From: Amoebidium appalachense
Lineage: Eukaryota > Protista > Ichthyosporea
DNA: 64,000 nucleotides
NCBI GenBank assembly: GCA_963693365.1
Contig: CAVNZM010000010.1
Location: 8,948,554 to 9,012,553, forward strand
Direction of reading: 5' to 3'
In this document: positions 19,369 through 41,052 of the stretch, piece after piece
How the letters are laid out: each line of letters begins with the position of its first letter
Position numbering within the stretch: the first letter of the stretch is position 1
The notes under the pieces: model-generated
Told to the model about the DNA's origin: nothing
Database searches by the model: none
The model's input: only the letters and a program-made list of their open reading frames with translations
Made by a program: the position numbers and the translations under genes

Positions 19369-19923
19369 TCATGTCTATGCACACATAATATTTTTCACAT
19401 CACCGGCGGGGCTGGGCGTGGCTGGGCGGGGCGGGGAGGCCCCTGGCAGGCACGCGCGCCTCGCATGCCGCGTGTGCCTCCTGTGCCTCGTGTGCCGCGT
19501 GTGCCTGGCATGTCCCCGTTCCCCGTTCCCTAGTACTATATGGTTGTGTTTTAGGTTTAAATCGATAAGTGTTTGTTGTCATTGGCCACTTACCCACTTA
19601 AAAGTGGGTAATGCTGTATCGTTTGTTTTGTCTCCTTTTTTTTTCTCTTTTTCGATTTTAAGTGGAAAAAGTGGGAAGTGGGAAATAGATTGATCGCGAT
19701 CGGATCGGAGGTGGTTGGTGTGGTGTGATCTCAAAGTTACCAGGCCACGTGACTAGTCCAATACCCTGAATCAATACATGTTTTAATTGGCTTATATGAC
19801 TTTGTCATTCCAAGAGCTTTTTTTATTGGTTTATACAGGGATGACAGATGCCTTCGTAGATCCACTGATCTGGTCGAGGGCGAGGACCATCTTCCATCTG
19901 CAGAGCACGCAGCGGCCAAGGGG

Positions 19924-19930
19924 TATAAAA
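19924..19930 (+). promoter_or_regulatory. Candidate TATA box of secreted-protein gene copy 1 (conserved at ~24311 in copy 2)
   Basis: GGGTATAAAAG lies ~180 bp upstream of the ATG in both copies. Confidence 0.5.
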
Positions 19931-20101
19931 GAGGTACACGGTCCCACCACTAAGCAGTACAACAGCAAAAGGACACATAAAAACGATTTGGATGCAGCCA
20001 ATATACCACAAGCCTGTCTAATTTTTCTCCCTGCTCAGAAACATTCCTAGCCGCAGCCAATACACTTAGCCCTGTAGAATTCAAGTACCACCCACTGCAC
20101 C

Positions 20102-20860
20102 ATGTCGCCCCTCACCTTCCTCCTCCCCGCCGCCCTTGCCGCCTGCGCTGCCGCTGCGAGTCTGCCCTCATCCTACCCAGGAAGTCAGACTAACTCGCCA
20201 TGTTCCACCCCGCTACCGAGCGCGTGCAACCCCGCAAATGTTCTCGCAAGTATTCGAGGTGATGCTTCCATGCTGCGTGCCTCCGAGCTCAGCTACCTCG
20301 GCGCCCAGATGGCCAGGTGCCGTGCCATTCAATCCATGTGCAGCAGTGGTGCAGGGGGCCCTGGTGATGAAACACCTGAAGATTCGCTCGAGAGACGCAG
20401 CGTCAATGACTTTGACCCAACCTACAATGTCCTGTCTTGGTCTCCCCCTGACTCTACCTTGCTCGGGGCCTTGCAAGTGCCGCAGGATGAAACCCAGCAG
20501 GGCTCAGCAGGGGAGGCCACAGTCAACTCCCTGCACACACGCAGCGCACGTGCATGGCCCAGCCACGTGCAGGCACGGCGCAACATCTTCAACGACATTG
20601 GGGGCGCCTTCACCTCGGCCGCCGACAAAGTGTCAAACTTTGCCACGGATACATTTGGGCCCAACGTGAAGGAGGCTGCACGTGCCACCTATGACGCGGC
20701 AAAATATGGCCACGACGCCTTCAACGCGGCTCTGGGCGAGCAGGCGCCTGGGCTCTCAAATAGCGCTGGGGTGCTGGCCGATGAGCTGCCGGCACCTGTG
20801 GCTCAGGCGGCAGCAGAGGACGGGGCACTGGAGGTGGCCGAAATAGCAGTGGTCGGATAG
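20102..20860 (+). CDS. Intronless secreted preproprotein-like protein, copy 1 (252 aa)
   Basis: Signal peptide MSPLTFLLPAALAACAAAA, a 4-Cys segment, and basic sites LERR, RSAR and QARR. The reading frame is preserved in the paralog. Confidence 0.8.
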   Translation: MSPLTFLLPAALAACAAAASLPSSYPGSQTNSPCSTPLPSACNPANVLASIRGDASMLRASELSYLGAQMARCRAIQSMCSSGAGGPGDETPEDSLERRSVNDFDPTYNVLSWSPPDSTLLGALQVPQDETQQGSAGEATVNSLHTRSARAWPSHVQARRNIFNDIGGAFTSAADKVSNFATDTFGPNVKEAARATYDAAKYGHDAFNAALGEQAPGLSNSAGVLADELPAPVAQAAAEDGALEVAEIAVVG

Positions 20861-22499
20861 CGTGCGAGGTGTGCTCTTTTACACATGTGCTTAGAAAAGA
20901 CGTAATAATGATGATTCGAGCTGACCAGAGTGAAGCCAGGGCAGGGAGGGGGAGGAGAGAGAGGAAGAGAGGGAGGGTGGGTGGGAGGGAGGGTGGGTGG
21001 GTGGGTGGGGGGTGGGGTGGGGTGGGAGGGGCTGGGGGGGTTGTGGGGAGGAGGGGGGTGGGGGTAGGGGGTGGGAGAGAGGGTTGCAATTGATGTGGGC
21101 TCAACTTGATACAGATCTAGAGGGCAGACCGTTTTTCGATCATGGTTGGCTGTCTCACTCCAGCTAGGTACGGTCCCAAACTAGATGTCCTAGGCGTCCG
21201 GTGTGCTACACCGTATGTACTACCATTACATATATATTGTAGGAACAACCGGAGATTCTCGAAGCTGGGTCTGTACATAAACACAGCAGTGAGATATAAT
21301 AAAGTACGATGTGAAAATCCAATGTTCTTGTAGTTGCACACCGTCGCAGACTTCAGAATCTAGACCGTCCCCCCCCCCCCCCCCCCCCCCCCCCCGCCCC
21401 CACCCCCCACCCATCCCACCCCCTCCCCACACAAACACCTCCTCTACCCACCCCCTCACCCACCCACCCACACATGTACACCCACCTCACGTGTATGCCC
21501 TTCTCGGCCTCCCTCTGTAACCGTGCTTCACAAGCTTTCTTTTTATGTTCGTTTCAAGCTCCTGGTAAAAATCCCCTCGTATTCCTAAAGGTCCATCTTT
21601 CGCAGATCATGCTTCCTTCAATTTCCAGTTTCAAATTAGGTGGCATCAAATCGATTCCATTTTTATTATAACAAAACCTTGCCGAGATTGGCATATGAGA
21701 GGTGGCCTACCGAGTCCCCCCCCCCCCCCCCCCCCCTCCCCCCCTCCCCCCTCCCCCCCCTCCCCCCTCCCCCCCCCCTCCCCCCCGCGCCCGCCATCCC
21801 TCCCCCTGGGCGAAAAAATAGAAATAAACTTTAGATCGTAATAAATAATACCAACGTTGTCCCAAGAAATTCAAACTTTATCACAACCATATGGGGGCGG
21901 GGCGACTTTCCCCCGGACGTGATAAATATACAGCACTACAACAGTTACTGAATTTTGTTTTTGAACAATTGCAATCCAAGTAGCAAGCAAGTCAGCCGGA
22001 AGCATTCAAACATTGTCAAACTTTTTTTGTGGGTCAGTCCAACCATAATTTTATTTTCAAGTTACATACTGATTTCAGAAATCATTTATTATGCCATTTT
22101 TTAGTGTTTTGTTGGGCGGGGCAGGGATGCCCCGGGGAGGGAGGGCCCGTCGGGGGGGGGGACTTAGCCGTGACGGATTTGCTTTAAGTGCTCCCGGACC
22201 GTTTCTCTCCCCTTCTGGCGGCATCCTTTCTCCTCATGATATGCAGGTGGCCGTGCACTGAGCATGCTTATCACGTGTCCTGTTGCCATATTCCCATATG
22301 GTATGCATATGTTTAAGGTTGGTGCCAGTTGGCTTATTTTGTTTTTAGATTATTTTTGGAAGCTCGCATCACACACACACACACGTGCACATGCACACAC
22401 ATGAACACATGGGTGCATGTACGTACACACATACACACACACACGCACATACATACACACACACACGCGCAGACGCGCACAGGCAGGCGGGGCACGAAC

Positions 22500-22755
<256 letters not shown>

Positions 22756-24489
22756 GTGTTTGTATTTGATGCCGGGCCATCATCAGAGCGTTTGCGCAAT
22801 CACTCAGTTTGCGCAATGACCCAGTTTGCGTAATCGTGGCTTTTGGCGCCAACAGAAATCAAAAAAAAAAACGAGCGGGAACGAGAGAAACACACATACA
22901 CCGTCACATACACACACAGAGAGAGAGCCTCGGACAGACAGAAAGAGACAGAGCACAGATGCAGTAGCGTGCAGGAGTTGTAGTCCTCATTGTTGAAGCG
23001 TCAACACCACAGCCATAGCCTATTACTTATTCACAGTGAAGTAGGGCAGACTCTTAACACGCACACACACCATCATAGACCCGGGTGTCTGTGTCACGGG
23101 TGTTTCTAGATGGCCGTGGTCTGTGTGCACCCTCGGAACATGGCTACCAGTGTCGAGGGTGTGCTGCGTGCTGCACGGAGCAGCTGAGAAGACAAACACT
23201 GAGCGAAAAACTGCAAGCTCTGGCTGTGAGCATACACCAGGCAAAGGTGCATGTTCCTTTCAGTCATGCTTGTGCTTGTGGAGTCAAGTACACGGTTTAC
23301 CTTTTCAATTTCGATGTTTCGATTATGATCGGCTGTACGCAGCTGCACGCAAATGCGCAACCAAATAACAGAGCTCAAAACCCTCGCACGCCCCTCTCAC
23401 CTGCCCGCCCGCAACCCGGCCCTCGTTAATCCCCCCCCCCCCCCCCCTCCCTCCCCAACCCCCCTCCCTAACCAACCCGCTTTTCTTTTAGTCATCCCCT
23501 TCCTTCTAATCCTTTCAGAAAGAAGCATCAGACTGCAACTCCCCCCCCCCCCTTTTCTCCCCTCCCCCACAACCCACCCCATTCCCGCCCCCCATAAAAA
23601 CTCGGTGGAAGGTCTCCAGCCTTACGGATAAAAAAGCTGCACCCCTACAACCGCACAACGAAATGCACACACAACAGCATTCACTAGTGCGCATGCACAA
23701 CATTAAGGCAAGGCTGAACGGTTGCATGCAACACCAGCTGGCTGACAACCGATCAGCAACGATTGAAAACACATAGGGAACATACAAAACATCGTCTTGT
23801 CGGTCTGTATATGGAAGTAATGTACATGGAAGGGGGGGAGGCTAGCAAAGAGCTAAGATCCACAAATTTACCTACACCAAATTTGGAAGAAAGACAGAAG
23901 AGTACTTGAAAGGAATTTCTGGGAATCTTTCCAGACACCCCTTTTTCTCCTTGCAATTGTGTTCACGGTTCCATGGTGTGTGACTGTAGCCGGTGTGAGC
24001 ACGTGCCACGTGGCACTATTGAAGCACGTGGTTAGAAAGGCTGCCAAATATGGAATGATTAGGAGATCTACTGTAGATCTTGATATGACGACGGCGTGTA
24101 GGGATTGGCGGGTTGTTGTTCCAAGATCACCACAGCTTTTAGAGCCATATCTAGGTAATCAATACATGTTTTAATTGGCTTATATGACTTTATCATTCCA
24201 AGAGCTTTTTGATTGGTTTATACAGGGATGACAGATGCCTTCGTAGATCCGCTGATCTGGTCGAGGGCGAGGACCATCTTCCATCTGCAGAGCGCGCAGC
24301 GGCCAAGGGGTATAAAAGAGGTACACGGTCCCACCACTAAGCAGTACAACAGCAAAAGAACACATAAAAACGATTTGGATTGCAGCCAATATACCACAAG
24401 CCTGTCTAATTTTTCTCCCTGCTCAGAAACATTCCTAGCCGCAGCCAATACACCTAGCCCTGTAGAATTCAAGTACCACCCACTGCACC

Positions 24490-25251
24490 ATGTCGCCCCT
24501 CACCTTCCTCCTCCCCGCCGCCCTTGCCGCCTGCGCTGCCGCTGCGAGTCTGCCCTCATCCTACCCAGGAAGTCAGACTAAATCGCCATGTTCCACACCG
24601 CTGCCGAGCGGGTGCAACCCCGCAAATGTTCTCGCAAGTATTCGAGGTGATGCTTCCATGCTGCGTGCCTCCGAGCTCAGCTACCTCGGCGCCCAGATGG
24701 CCAGGTGCCGTGCCATTCAATCCACGTGCAGCAGTGGTGCAGGGGACCCTGGTGATGAAGCACCTGAAGACTCGCTCGAGAGACGCAGCGTCAATGACTT
24801 TGACCCAACCTACGATGTCCTCTCTTGGTCTTCCTCTGACTCTACCTTGCTCGGGGCCTTGCAAGTGCCGCAGGATGAAAACCAGCAGAGCTCAGCAGGG
24901 GAGGCCACAGTCAACTCCCTGCACACACGCAGCGCACGTGCATGGCCCAGCCACGTGCAGGCACGGCGCAACATCTTCAACGACATTGGGGGCGCCTTCA
25001 CCTCGGCCGCCGACAAAGTGTCAAACTTTGCCACGGATACATTTGGGCCCAACGTGAAGGAGGCTGCACGTGCCACCTATGACGCGGCAAAATATGGCCA
25101 CGACGCCTTCAACGCGGCACTGGGCGAGCAGGCGCCTGAGCTCTCCAATAGCGCTGGGGTGCTGGCCGATGAGCTGCCGGCACCTGTGGCTGGCGCCGTG
25201 GCAGAGGACGGGGCACTGGAAGTGGCCGCTGAGATAGCATTGGTCGGATAG
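24490..25251 (+). CDS. Intronless secreted preproprotein-like protein, copy 2 (253 aa)
   Basis: Paralog of 20102-20860. Duplicated block 19769-~20865 versus 24157-~25256; the only coding indel is a 3-bp in-frame one. Confidence 0.8.
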   Translation: MSPLTFLLPAALAACAAAASLPSSYPGSQTKSPCSTPLPSGCNPANVLASIRGDASMLRASELSYLGAQMARCRAIQSTCSSGAGDPGDEAPEDSLERRSVNDFDPTYDVLSWSSSDSTLLGALQVPQDENQQSSAGEATVNSLHTRSARAWPSHVQARRNIFNDIGGAFTSAADKVSNFATDTFGPNVKEAARATYDAAKYGHDAFNAALGEQAPELSNSAGVLADELPAPVAGAVAEDGALEVAAEIALVG

Positions 25252-25407
25252 CGTGTGCTGTGCATACGTGTGCGAGTGCGGGTGCATGTCAGTGACTTGG
25301 TTTGGTTACTAATATGGGTGTTCTGTACAAATCATTAATATCCAGTTGCTACCATGTATAACGACACATATATGTCAACTTTTAGTAGTAGTAGTATCAT
25401 GATATCA

Positions 25408-25409
<2 letters not shown>

Positions 25410-25475
<66 letters not shown>

Positions 25476-25501
25476 TAATATATGATATATAGTACGTATG
25501 G

Positions 25502-25544
<43 letters not shown>
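25410..25544. repeat. Two (TA)n microsatellites
   Basis: Tracts at ~25410-25473 and ~25504-25544. Confidence 0.95.
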
Positions 25545-25546
<2 letters not shown>

Positions 25547-28082
25547 CTAAGAATAGAATCCTGTGGCAAATATAGACATGACATCATCTGAACCGGGAAT
25601 AATAATTAATGAGCACAATTAGCACGTTGCTAGTGAAGCTCGTCATTGGTACAGTTTTGGCTCAAACATATAACTACCATATATGAATATGACCGTAAAC
25701 AAAAGCTCTATGCACTCGAGTGAGTGTTGAAACAATTATTCAATTGCTCAGAAACTTTCTCTAACAGACATTGCTAGCCGGGAGTACCAGTGTACTCCAA
25801 CAAGTAGCCCTGGGCAAAGTGTGTACTTATAGTCAGGTTGTGAATGATGGATTAGCTTAGCTGAACTCATAGATAGCACCTTAATAACTAGTGTACTGTC
25901 GGTGCTGTATGGTAGACGGTAGTTTCCCTAGAGGGCCTGTAAAGGCCCTCCGGGAACAAAACGTGATAAAATAAAAAATAAATAAAAAGAAATCTAAGAC
26001 TTTTTTATTGACATTCAGCTCGGTGGGAACAATTTAAAGCCTGAGCCCCTAGGGAGTTCCCCCGTGGCAACATCTGGCGTATTGCCAAAAGCATGCTCAA
26101 GACCTAGGTGACTGGTAGGCTCGGTGGTTCGGGTCCAGGCTCAATTATGTGTCTGATAGGCCACCTAGACACACAATAGGAAACCAGTATAAGGAATGAA
26201 CAGGTAAACTTAAATAAACGTCTTGTGTCTGTGGTGTCGCATGTGTGTGTGCGGAACGGTTTCCTCCATCATGATAGTATAATTTGTTTGTGTTACACTT
26301 GTGGGGCCGTTTTTTTTTGTTTTTTTTTTTTCGGGGGGGGGAGGGGGGGGGGGGGGGGGGGAGGCTACTTTGGGTCGGGTTCCAAAAATATTTTGTGGCT
26401 ACCTTCGTCCGAACTACTAAGTAAGCGGCCACTCTTTCCGTGCTGCATCTGGCACCTCCGACCATCTTGGCCTGTAGCGGTGTTGACTCTTTGTCGATGG
26501 GTGTCTGTTTTGGCCCGTGCAGCTGAGGCAGAAGCATGGCACTGGAGCTCTTTTGCCCCTATTGGGCCCTGGCCGCCGGGCACACATCCGCCCCATGGCC
26601 CCTGGGCAATATTTTTGCACGATGATTCGAAAGACTGTCAATTAGTTAAACAGCAGTGAGCTCTGTATGCTACGCTACGTAGTAGCGCTAGCCATGTTAT
26701 TATCAAAAATTATTGTTAGCAGGAAGCTACTGATCATGAGTCAACTAGCTACTGATCATGAGTCAACTAGTCTAAGACTTGCAGCAGCTTGTGGAGGCAG
26801 AGCAGCTGCTCACACAGTCACTCACTGTGGAATTCGAAGGAGGCTTCCACGGACTGGTACTGAAGATACTCTTGCACGTGCACGCACAGTGTCACATGTC
26901 AACACAGGTAGCGTTATTATAACAGGCGGCTCGAGGGAAAGCTGAGGGCTCGTACGTGCGGGCCAAGTTGACGAAAGTTTCAAGTTCATGTGTTCAAGCT
27001 CATACTACTGTACTGCAGGTGTGTGTCTCTGTGTGTGCGTGCGCATTGCTTGTGCCATTGTGGGTGGGTGCCGAAACTCTAGGGAATTGGGGAAAGGTAG
27101 AAACGTAATATTTCAACACTTGCTTGAAAATGTGGATTTTTGTGGTTCTCCCCGGAGCTTCAAATTTATATATCAGTATACATACAACAGCACAGTCGGA
27201 CAGCTAATTTGTGTGTAGACGTGCGTGGCAACTTTCCGAGTTGTTTATTCGCTTGTCCGGATCCGTATGAATTCTAGCTTCTAGCTCTGGTAACCATCAA
27301 CGGTTGTGTGCACGTCTGCACGAAGCAATACAAGTGAGCTTTGAGCATGTACTCACACACATGGTCATTATAAGTGCCGCCGTGCTTCCATCAGCTTCGC
27401 GCTACGTTGCTCACTTCAGCGGCCACAGCGTCTATGCCTGCAGGCAGATGTGCTGTGTGACCTGTGGCCAAACGAAGGCCAAAATGGCAGCAACCGCCAG
27501 TGAAAAGGGCGGCTCACGAATTTGAACTGACCAAACAGGTGCGAGCAGTGATTGCTTAATAAGTTTTATCCACTTGATGCGCTGGAAGATTCCGTATGTG
27601 GGATTAGAGAAAAGAAGGTCTAATAAAGGCTTTAGTAAACAACCGGGGGTAAACGCAAACACATGATTTATTGTTATTTGGCACAATTTTTGTCGAAAGT
27701 TATGTACATATGAGCTACCTATCAGGTCTGCAGTACTCGATGGTCCCCGGCCAGCACTTGCTGGCAAGTCTGGATGAGGGGTTTACGCTGTTTACTAGAG
27801 GCAAAGCCTTCCTATTGGTCCGGAAAGCATCGCTCTGTTGCTCATATGAGCCGCATGGCGCAAGACAGAAGCACAGCACACCACCTTAGCGCTCCTTAGC
27901 GCTTTGCTCAGTGCCCCAGCTACCTCTTTGACCCACTACAAAAACTATTGTAGCCCTGCGGCGTCACTGAAAGCGCCGACCACCCAACCATTACCAGACA
28001 GAGTCAGTTGAATTTACCGGCTAGAAGGCACAGTCGGGACGTGCCAGGGTGTGCACACACAGGGAGACCTCCGCCCCCAAAC

Positions 28083-37346
<9,264 letters not shown>

Positions 37347-37349
37347 TAG

Positions 37350-37450
37350 CCTTATATGGAAGTAGGACTTTATATGGAAGTAGGCCCATTTATGGAACTA
37401 GGACCATATATGGCAGTAGGCCCATATATGAGTGTAGGCCCATGTATGTA
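37350..37450. repeat. 18-bp tandem repeat (CCATATATGGAAGTAGGC-like), about 5.5 copies, right after the FARS2 stop codon
   Basis: Degenerate units in the presumed 3' UTR. Confidence 0.8.
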
Positions 37451-38350
37451 TATTTTGTGGGCTTCCGCTAGGCTAAGGCCACCACATCCCATGCATGCAT
37501 GGTGCTGCATATATGTATCTGAAGTCTTGTACCATGGCCCACATCATTACAAGCAATTGACGTAATCACGGCGTGGACATGGCCAGTGTGTGCATGCACA
37601 CACACACAAGTCAGGGCGCATGCACACACCACACGACACACACACACACAGACACACACACACACACACACACACACGCGCGCGCGCGTGCATACACGCA
37701 TCTGGGTGGCTGTGGATTGGGCCCACTTGGAGCCTGGCAGACACTGCCGGGATGCAGCTATGGTTTTGACACAGCTCACATGCACGTGGCTGTCTGGAGC
37801 AATAAAAGAGGCCAACGTGCCAGGCACAGTCGCATGCATATACGGGGCACTTGGGAGTATGCTTGCACGTGTTTCACTGTTCATTCATCTGCCTCTCTCT
37901 GGGGCTGCAAACCGTCACAGACGGCCAGAAATTTGGCTACGATCTACAGGCTAACTACAGCATATGCATGTGGGTGTACGTCGCACATTGTGTACATCAT
38001 GTGTGGCGTATTACTACACGCATACAGATCTGCATACAGCCCAAGTTTACGTAAAAGGTGTTGCAATCTACATACAGCCCAAGTATACGTAAAAGGTGTT
38101 GCATTCTATTTCAGCCTGGCGGTGCGCTGTGTGCACATTTGTGATTGACAATCCATACGATGCATGGTGGGTGGTTGCGTGTGGGCGTGTTGCTAGTGGC
38201 TCCATGAAATGCGAGTGCACGATTTGTGTGCCGTGTGTGTGCACATGTCCCTAGGAGCACATGTACGCATGTCATTCTAATCAGTCTAGCAAGGTGGGTA
38301 CTGTACTGTATAACAATCGACTAGCCATTTCGTCAGTGTGTGGTTGGTGC

Positions 38351-38403
<53 letters not shown>

Positions 38404-38513
38404 ATGTCCACGTAGTGTGTGCCGTGTGTACCCGTGGGTCCATTTACATGCACCTCAGAGCTTCAGCACAGGTGTTCTTGGTCGCTGGCCAGCCTGGCCC
38501 CCTATACCTGGGT

Positions 38514-41016
38514 TTAGGGGGGCACCATAGGTCCCCCCTCCATCTGCCGGTACGTGCCCCGCCCACCCACCACCATCAGCCCCGATGACTCGGACTCTGG
38601 CCTTAGTCGTCTAGCGGCCTGGTCGGAATAACCAGGGGTGGTGCCCAATACTAGCGGCGTACGTGGGGGCTCATCATAGCCCAGCCAAATAGGTTCGGCC
38701 ACCATGGGGGGGTCATGCACTCGGGTGTGCCGGAAGCTGCCTGGGCGGTCGAAATAGGGTACTTGGGGCTGGTGGCTGGGCAGGGGGCTGGGTGCAGCAT
38801 AGAGCCGTGTGGGGCCAGGTGATCTTGGGCCGGCCCAGTAGGGGTCCATGGGGCTGGCACTCAGAAACGACTCGACTGACGCCTGTCGGGGCAGAGCACG
38901 TGCAGCCACAAACACATCGGCAGACCCCTGGGTCGGTGATACACGTGCATACGTGCCGTCTGGCTGCCTGCTGACTTGCATTTGGGGGGTGGGCGGGCTG
39001 CGCTGGTACTGCATGGGGCCTGGGCCCTGCATGGGCCCTGCCAGGGACATAGACGATTGCAGCAGCCGGTTGCTGCTGGCCCGGGGGATGGCCATGGGCT
39101 GGCTGGGGGGGTCTGCCTGCCGTCTGAGGAGCCCACGTAGACGCTCAGTCCAGGTCTTACGGGGCGGGTCCGGTGACAGCAAACCTGCTGGCCCGGCCGT
39201 GCCTGCGCCTTTGCCGTGTTTGCTGCCTGCCGGGCTGAGGCCTGCAGCAGGGTGGGGGTAGCCGTTCGTGGCCGGTTTTAGGGTCTGGTTCGGGTAGAGC
39301 AAGTAGAGCTGGCCGGGCTGGGCCACACCCATGTGCTCGAGGCCCCACCCCGTAAAATCGACCAGGTCGTCCAGCACCTGGGCCTTGCTGTCTGCCTTGG
39401 CCCTTCTGCGCCTCCTCACGTGCACACCCACAGCACCCATGGCCCCGCATGCACACAGTGCCCCAACCACAGCCCCGGCCACAATCAGCGCTATGCGGGT
39501 GGTCTTGGGCATGCCCTCTGATTGGTCGATGCCCTGGGCCTCGATCTCCCTAGCCATGGCCTCGTCATACTGCTCCTTGGTGTATGTCAGGCCCATGCCC
39601 TGTGTCACGTGACCCAGTGCCTGCTGGGCGCCGTTGACCAGTCTGCGCCTCAGGCGCTTGGTGTTGCTCACATAGTCCACTAGCACACTGATGTTGAGCA
39701 TGACGTGATTGGATGCCCCCATGTCGGCCTTGCAGCCAAAACTGGTGGTGACGTTAAAGTAAAAGTCCAACTGGGCCGGTTTGATTGGGCCAGTGTACTG
39801 GCTGCCTGTGTTGGGTACTATCACTACATTGTCGTCTTGAGGCTGCGTGGTTGGGGCAGGGGGGGGTGGGGGTGCCTGTTGTTGGTCGGTGGTGGAGGCT
39901 GGGGAGGTGGTGGGGCTGGGCAGGTGGTCCTGAAACACATCCTTGATGGTCATCGTGGGGAGTGACCCCGTGTTGCTGCTGGCCAGGAGGGAACTGGCAG
40001 GTGGGGGGGGTGGGCTGAGTGCCGACGTGCTGGTTTGGGGCAAAGGGGCAGCCGTGTAGGACTGGATGGTGGTGGGGCCTGGTGCGGGTGAGGGTGCGGG
40101 TTGAGGGGCCGGCACGGTGGTAGAGGCCACGGAGGATATAATTGTCTGTGTGGTGGTGGTGATGGCGGGGGGTGGTGAAGAGGCCGGTGCAGGTGCAGAT
40201 GTCAGCGCCGTGTCCGTTGCGGGTGGCGGCGGCGGTGGGATGATGGTGGGTGAAGGTGGTGGTGGTGGTGGTGGTAGCTCGGTTGTGGTGGGAGGAGGGG
40301 GTGGTTGAGGTGTGGGTGTGGGTGGTGGAGGTGGTGGCTCCGATGTTGAGGGAGGAGGGGATGGGTCAGGTGTGGGTGAGGGAAGGGGGGGGTGGTGGTG
40401 ATGGTGCCTCGGTGGTGGGTTGCTGGGCTGCATCACTGGTGGTGGGGGATGGGGTCTGGTCGGTTGAGGTCGGGGCCTCTTGCGTGGTGGTAGGCGTCTC
40501 ACCGGGCAGGGCAAAGGGATCCGTCTGTCTCCGAAACCGACCCAAAATCCAATCTGCCGCACGTTCAAAAAACGCCCTCACATCCGTTCTTTCCCCAGAG
40601 AAACCCCACCTCTCATTGATTTCCGTGTTGTCATACACCATAAACCCCCCCGCGCTGCGCCTCACGGTCTGGCTGGTGGCATTTTGCAAGGTGTCTATGC
40701 CGGGCACAAAGCGCTGCGGCACGTTGCCTGCCTGGTAGGCAAATAGTTGGCCGGTGCAGTCGGCACTGCTCCTACGGTCCATGTGCACGATACGTGCATC
40801 CTGGATGGCCACACCACTCTTGTTGTTCCACAGGTGCACACTCATGTACGCCGTCTCCCCAAGCCTGCTGTGTGGGTACGTGCAAATGTCAGGGTGTGCG
40901 GTAGTCGTGTATATTAAACAGATGAACGAGGGGGTCATGTATTGCATGAAGGAGGAAAAGGAGTTGTGGATGTCACTAAGAGGAAAAAAAAAACCAGAGA
41001 TAGATAATCTGCAGCA

Positions 41017-41052
<36 letters not shown>

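Larger units (their letters stand above)
1..19768. mobile_element. Putative giant endogenous viral element (NCLDV-like insertion), right portion; left end lies outside the window
   Basis: Intronless, tightly packed ORFs with gene families typical of large DNA viruses (KilA-N/T5orf172, YqaJ, HNH-AP2, DUF5760-like, Fic). Lacks the (CA)n/(GT)n introns that dominate from ~22 kb onward. Right boundary is approximate, placed where homology to the duplicated host locus begins (19769). Confidence 0.75.

Noticed and set aside
1-19768. Bacterial contaminant, prophage or Polinton
   Set aside because: No evident Shine-Dalgarno/operon pattern; the AAA ATPase and promoter motifs are eukaryote-type; no pPolB, integrase or capsid gene is seen in this window.
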